Positions 58,046 to 60,862 of a DNA stretch of 60,862 bases are shown piece after piece. The DNA comes from Candidatus Woesearchaeota archaeon (lineage in GTDB: Archaea > Nanobdellota > Nanobdellia > Pacearchaeales > GW2011-AR1), in NCBI GenBank assembly GCA_964358765.1, contig CAYHPN010000002.1, positions 1-60,862 on the forward strand. The letters are read 5' to 3'. The notes under the pieces are model-generated. The model did no database searches and was not told the DNA's origin. It saw only the letters and a program-made list of their open reading frames with translations. Position 1 is the first letter of the stretch. Every line of letters starts with the position of its first letter. A program made the translations under genes and the position numbers.

Positions 58046-58716
58046 AAAAGAAAAAAGAAATTAAGCCAATTAAGAAGAAAAAAATAAAAAATTCAAAGAA
58101 AAGCACTATAAAACCTAAAACTTCAGATAATAAAGTTGAAAATAAAGCAGATGTTAAAATTGAAGAAAAGAAAATTGAGATAAAAAACGAAATTAGAATT
58201 GATGCCAAATTAAGCCTGGATGAGGAAAAGATAAAAGAATTTTTAGATATTGGGCATTTATACGAATTATTATATTTAATAAGCATATTAAAAAACGAGG
58301 AAATAAAGAATTTTATAGAACACTATAAACAGAATGCTATAAAATCTAGAGATGATAAGATTGACAGACTGATAAGGAATTCTAAAAGCGAAAAAGATTT
58401 AATCTTAAATTTAAAAAAAGAGTTAACTAATACATTAAACGAAGATTATATAGATTTAAGAAAGGAAATAAGTATTGAAAGAAAAAAGGGCGTGGATCTT
58501 TATATAGAAGATATTACTTCAATGTCTATTCCTCTTAAAATTAGAATGTATTCTGCAACTATGAAAAAAGAAGATTATTATAAAATTAAAAAAATTTTTG
58601 AAGATGTGAGAAATAGCATAAAATTAAAAAAAGAGATATTTGAAAAAGAAAAAGTTGAAAAAGATAGATTTTTCTGGGCAATGAAGAATAGAGATATGAA
58701 GAATTCTGGCAATTAA
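58042..58716 (+). CDS. Helical ATPase-partner protein P2
   Basis: ATGA overlap with ATPase 2. The C-terminal half aligns with 2736..3110. Confidence 0.75.
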   Translation: MKKKKEIKPIKKKKIKNSKKSTIKPKTSDNKVENKADVKIEEKKIEIKNEIRIDAKLSLDEEKIKEFLDIGHLYELLYLISILKNEEIKNFIEHYKQNAIKSRDDKIDRLIRNSKSEKDLILNLKKELTNTLNEDYIDLRKEISIERKKGVDLYIEDITSMSIPLKIRMYSATMKKEDYYKIKKIFEDVRNSIKLKKEIFEKEKVEKDRFFWAMKNRDMKNSGN

Positions 58717-58879
58717 TTTAATTTTGACCTAGAATCTTCAATGGACAATTCTGAAAAACTAATGATGTAATAAACAGAATTGCCCATATTGATGCAGAGA
58801 AAGAGATAGAAAAAAATACAAGAATAGTTAATGAAGCTAATACAAATAATAATCAAGCTAATGTAGATGTGAAGAAGTG

Positions 58880-59010
58880 AAACCCCCACAGCAAGCGATA
58901 GGGCATCTAAATGTCAAGGATTTTTTGAATAAATTCAAGATAATTTTTGGAATCCTTGAACATGCTCGAGAATTGAAACTAAAAAAGATTAAACAATTCT
59001 CGACATATTA
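58880..59010. repeat. Hairpin-array element (REP/MITE-like), copy 3
   Basis: AACCCCCACAGCAAGCGATAGGGCATC, TCAAGGATT/AATCCTTGA and TCGAGAATTG/CAATTCTCGA, ending AAACAATTCTCGACATATTAA. Confidence 0.7.
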
Positions 59011-59134
59011 ACTGATTACTACTTATTGCCTTTGCGTCCATTTAATTTAAAAATTCCATATTGCATCTTTTATTTTATATACCTTCGTGGTTTAATCCGC
59101 TATGCCTGCCTTGGAGTATTACTGATAATAAAAT
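59005..59134. repeat. Conserved ~130-bp non-coding element, copy 2
   Basis: Collinear with 31675-31803. Confidence 0.85.
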
Positions 59135-59285
59135 TTATTATTTACAGATAAATAGAACAGGAAAATAATTAGGATAAATGTTATAAATAAATATTATCAA
59201 ATACAACTTTTGAATATATACAAAAATTTAAGTAAATATTTTATCAAGAAACCTATATGAGATAATTTATAAAAATAATTAAATA

Positions 59286-60862
59286 TTATCTAAAATCTTC
59301 ATCGTCTTTCCTTCTTTTCCAAAGAAAAAATAAGATTATGATTGAGATTATTATAATGATAATTAAGGCAAATAAGCCTATTGTTGCAAATGATACTGAC
59401 TCTATTTTAAGTGCAAACTTGCCCTGTAAAATTTTAATTAAATTATCCTCTCTTTCACCATAATAGGCAACTATATTTACAAATTGATTGTCTTTTATGT
59501 CTGCCTCTGACATCTCCTGCTTAATTATAATATTTCTACTTTTTCCACTAGGTATTTTTATTGAACCATCAGATCCTATTGTTTTTTTAATTTTATCAAT
59601 GAGTATATCTTTTATTTCTGAATCTGCAAAACAATCAATCATGCCAATATTTTTTAAAGTAATATAAAAAGAGGATTTAGGCTTAGAATATTTAACTTTT
59701 TCAATTTCCATATTACAATTGTCAATGACATTTACTTTTTGAACTTCAATTGTTTTTTCAAGCACTTTTTCTAAAGATGAAGGAGTATCTCCGTATAAAG
59801 TAAAGACTTGCAATGAGATTTTATCTCCTTGTAAATCTAGATCTGAATAAGTAACCGTTTTATAATCATTTGGTGCAATAAATATCGGATCTACGTCTCC
59901 TAATCTAGATCCTTCTCCAGAATCAGTTTTTGGAGTAATTGTGCCTTTGAAGAAAACCGGGATATTTGAAGTGCTTTTATAAGTTAACTCTAATTGTGAA
60001 GATGCACTATTATATTTTGCTGAGTAAAGGTCTAACTCCATAATTGGGATTGGAAGGTAGAACAAATCTAAACCTTCAACTGCAGAAATTGCTCCCGTTC
60101 TTGCTCTTGCACCCCTTGCAAATTTTACTATTACAGATATTCCTGTTGTCCTCCTTATATTAGTTGCTGTACCTACTAGATCTGCCCCAACTAATACTCC
60201 TACCTCAATATCTGAATTTTTTATGTAGTCTCTGATTTGATCTGGAACATTTTCCTTACCTGTAAATAATGTTGGAGACGAACCAGAGATTAATTCACTT
60301 TCTATAAATTCTCCATTTGAAAGAAGAACTTGCTTTGCAGGGTTTATTTTAAAATACTTATCAACAATAAGAGTGTTATCTTTAAACCTATCCCCTGTGT
60401 CTATAATTTCAGGATTAAAACTTGAAAGGGCATTTCTAACTTCCCTATCAACAAAACCATAAATAATTAGTTCCTTAACATTTCTATTGGATAAAATTGA
60501 TTCTATTTCAGCAATATTCACTCTGTCTGCAAAAAAAACCCAGGATTTATCTATAACTGCATATGGTGCTACTGCGATCGCATTATAACCATAGGTATTA
60601 CCTATAATAATAAAGTTCTCAATATTTGGAAGATCTTTAATTAATTCTAAATTTGCGTTGTCAAAAACTTGCTCGTCTGCATTTGTGTACCCATTACTTC
60701 TAAGGTCACCATCATAATTTAAAACAAAAGGCACTGTAGAAGAAGAAATAACTCTGACATAATTGTCTTTTTTTATTCCACTCATTAAAATAGGCCCATG
60801 TCTTGTACTCACAAGAAAATCAACTCCCACTCCTTTATGACGAGCATATAGTATAGTAGAGT
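59286..60862 (-). CDS. 5'-truncated membrane-anchored surface protein with CWB2-like alpha/beta repeats and Ig domains
   Basis: The frame stays open to the window edge (..STILYARHKGVGVDFL). Motifs NAIAVAPYA..WVFF..KELIIYG and PTLFT..VPDQIRDYI..VLVG; C-terminal TM plus KRRK. Confidence 0.8.
   Translation of the reverse strand, partial: STILYARHKGVGVDFLVSTRHGPILMSGIKKDNYVRVISSSTVPFVLNYDGDLRSNGYTNADEQVFDNANLELIKDLPNIENFIIIGNTYGYNAIAVAPYAVIDKSWVFFADRVNIAEIESILSNRNVKELIIYGFVDREVRNALSSFNPEIIDTGDRFKDNTLIVDKYFKINPAKQVLLSNGEFIESELISGSSPTLFTGKENVPDQIRDYIKNSDIEVGVLVGADLVGTATNIRRTTGISVIVKFARGARARTGAISAVEGLDLFYLPIPIMELDLYSAKYNSASSQLELTYKSTSNIPVFFKGTITPKTDSGEGSRLGDVDPIFIAPNDYKTVTYSDLDLQGDKISLQVFTLYGDTPSSLEKVLEKTIEVQKVNVIDNCNMEIEKVKYSKPKSSFYITLKNIGMIDCFADSEIKDILIDKIKKTIGSDGSIKIPSGKSRNIIIKQEMSEADIKDNQFVNIVAYYGEREDNLIKILQGKFALKIESVSFATIGLFALIIIIIISIIILFFLWKRRKDDEDFR

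Noticed and set aside
1037-58286. Numerous short ORF-track entries antisense or frame-shifted within long genes (e.g. 1037..1228, 2098..2343, 13643..14008, 22500..22889, 41581..41946, 49705..50079, 57445..57747)
   Set aside because: They lie within or largely overlap well-supported genes and have shadow-ORF composition (F/S/I/L-rich).
58755-58880. Coding-like open stretch (NDVINRIAHIDAEKEIEK...) after P2
   Set aside because: Preceded by an in-frame stop at 58752 and lacks a start codon. It may be a relic tail but is unsupported.

Overview
Very AT-rich, gene-dense window with archaeal features (BRE/TATA promoters, apparently leaderless genes, proteins dense in N-x-S/T sequons). It most resembles a DPANN (Pacearchaeota/Woesearchaeota-like) genome; this assignment is inference. 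About 45 kb forms one modular cell-surface locus built from a few recurring domains. Module A ('AGxxTxxxI..WQGYFGN...DFxMxV...YYFxVEL') occurs as four small secreted proteins, as the C-terminal domain of a 3991-aa giant and a 650-aa protein, and as the N-terminal extracellular domain of a membrane-spanning HerA/FtsK-family ATPase. Module B ('YWRxxVPxG...CSGxI') occurs free and as a fused tail. Other components: a second ecto-Ig/TM/HerA ATPase; a small partner gene behind each ATPase that resembles the ATPase's own C-terminal helical region; two giant glycoproteins sharing an N-terminal prodomain that ends in FDHIIDP; membrane anchors sharing a cytoplasmic helical module; and a DUF916/PapD-like Ig membrane protein. 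I read this as a candidate undescribed fibre/attachment system coupled to a HerA-type motor (inference). Also present: an RHH-RelE-like toxin-antitoxin pair, a HAD phosphatase next to a Ser/Thr kinase fused to an apparently inactive GH88 domain, a PhoU/AbrB regulator, a SemiSWEET-like protein, many small regulators with adjacent palindromes, three hairpin-array repeat elements and a duplicated ~130-bp non-coding element. No rRNA, tRNA, CRISPR array, transposase or reverse transcriptase was recognised. All homology calls come from reading motifs by eye, not from database searches.
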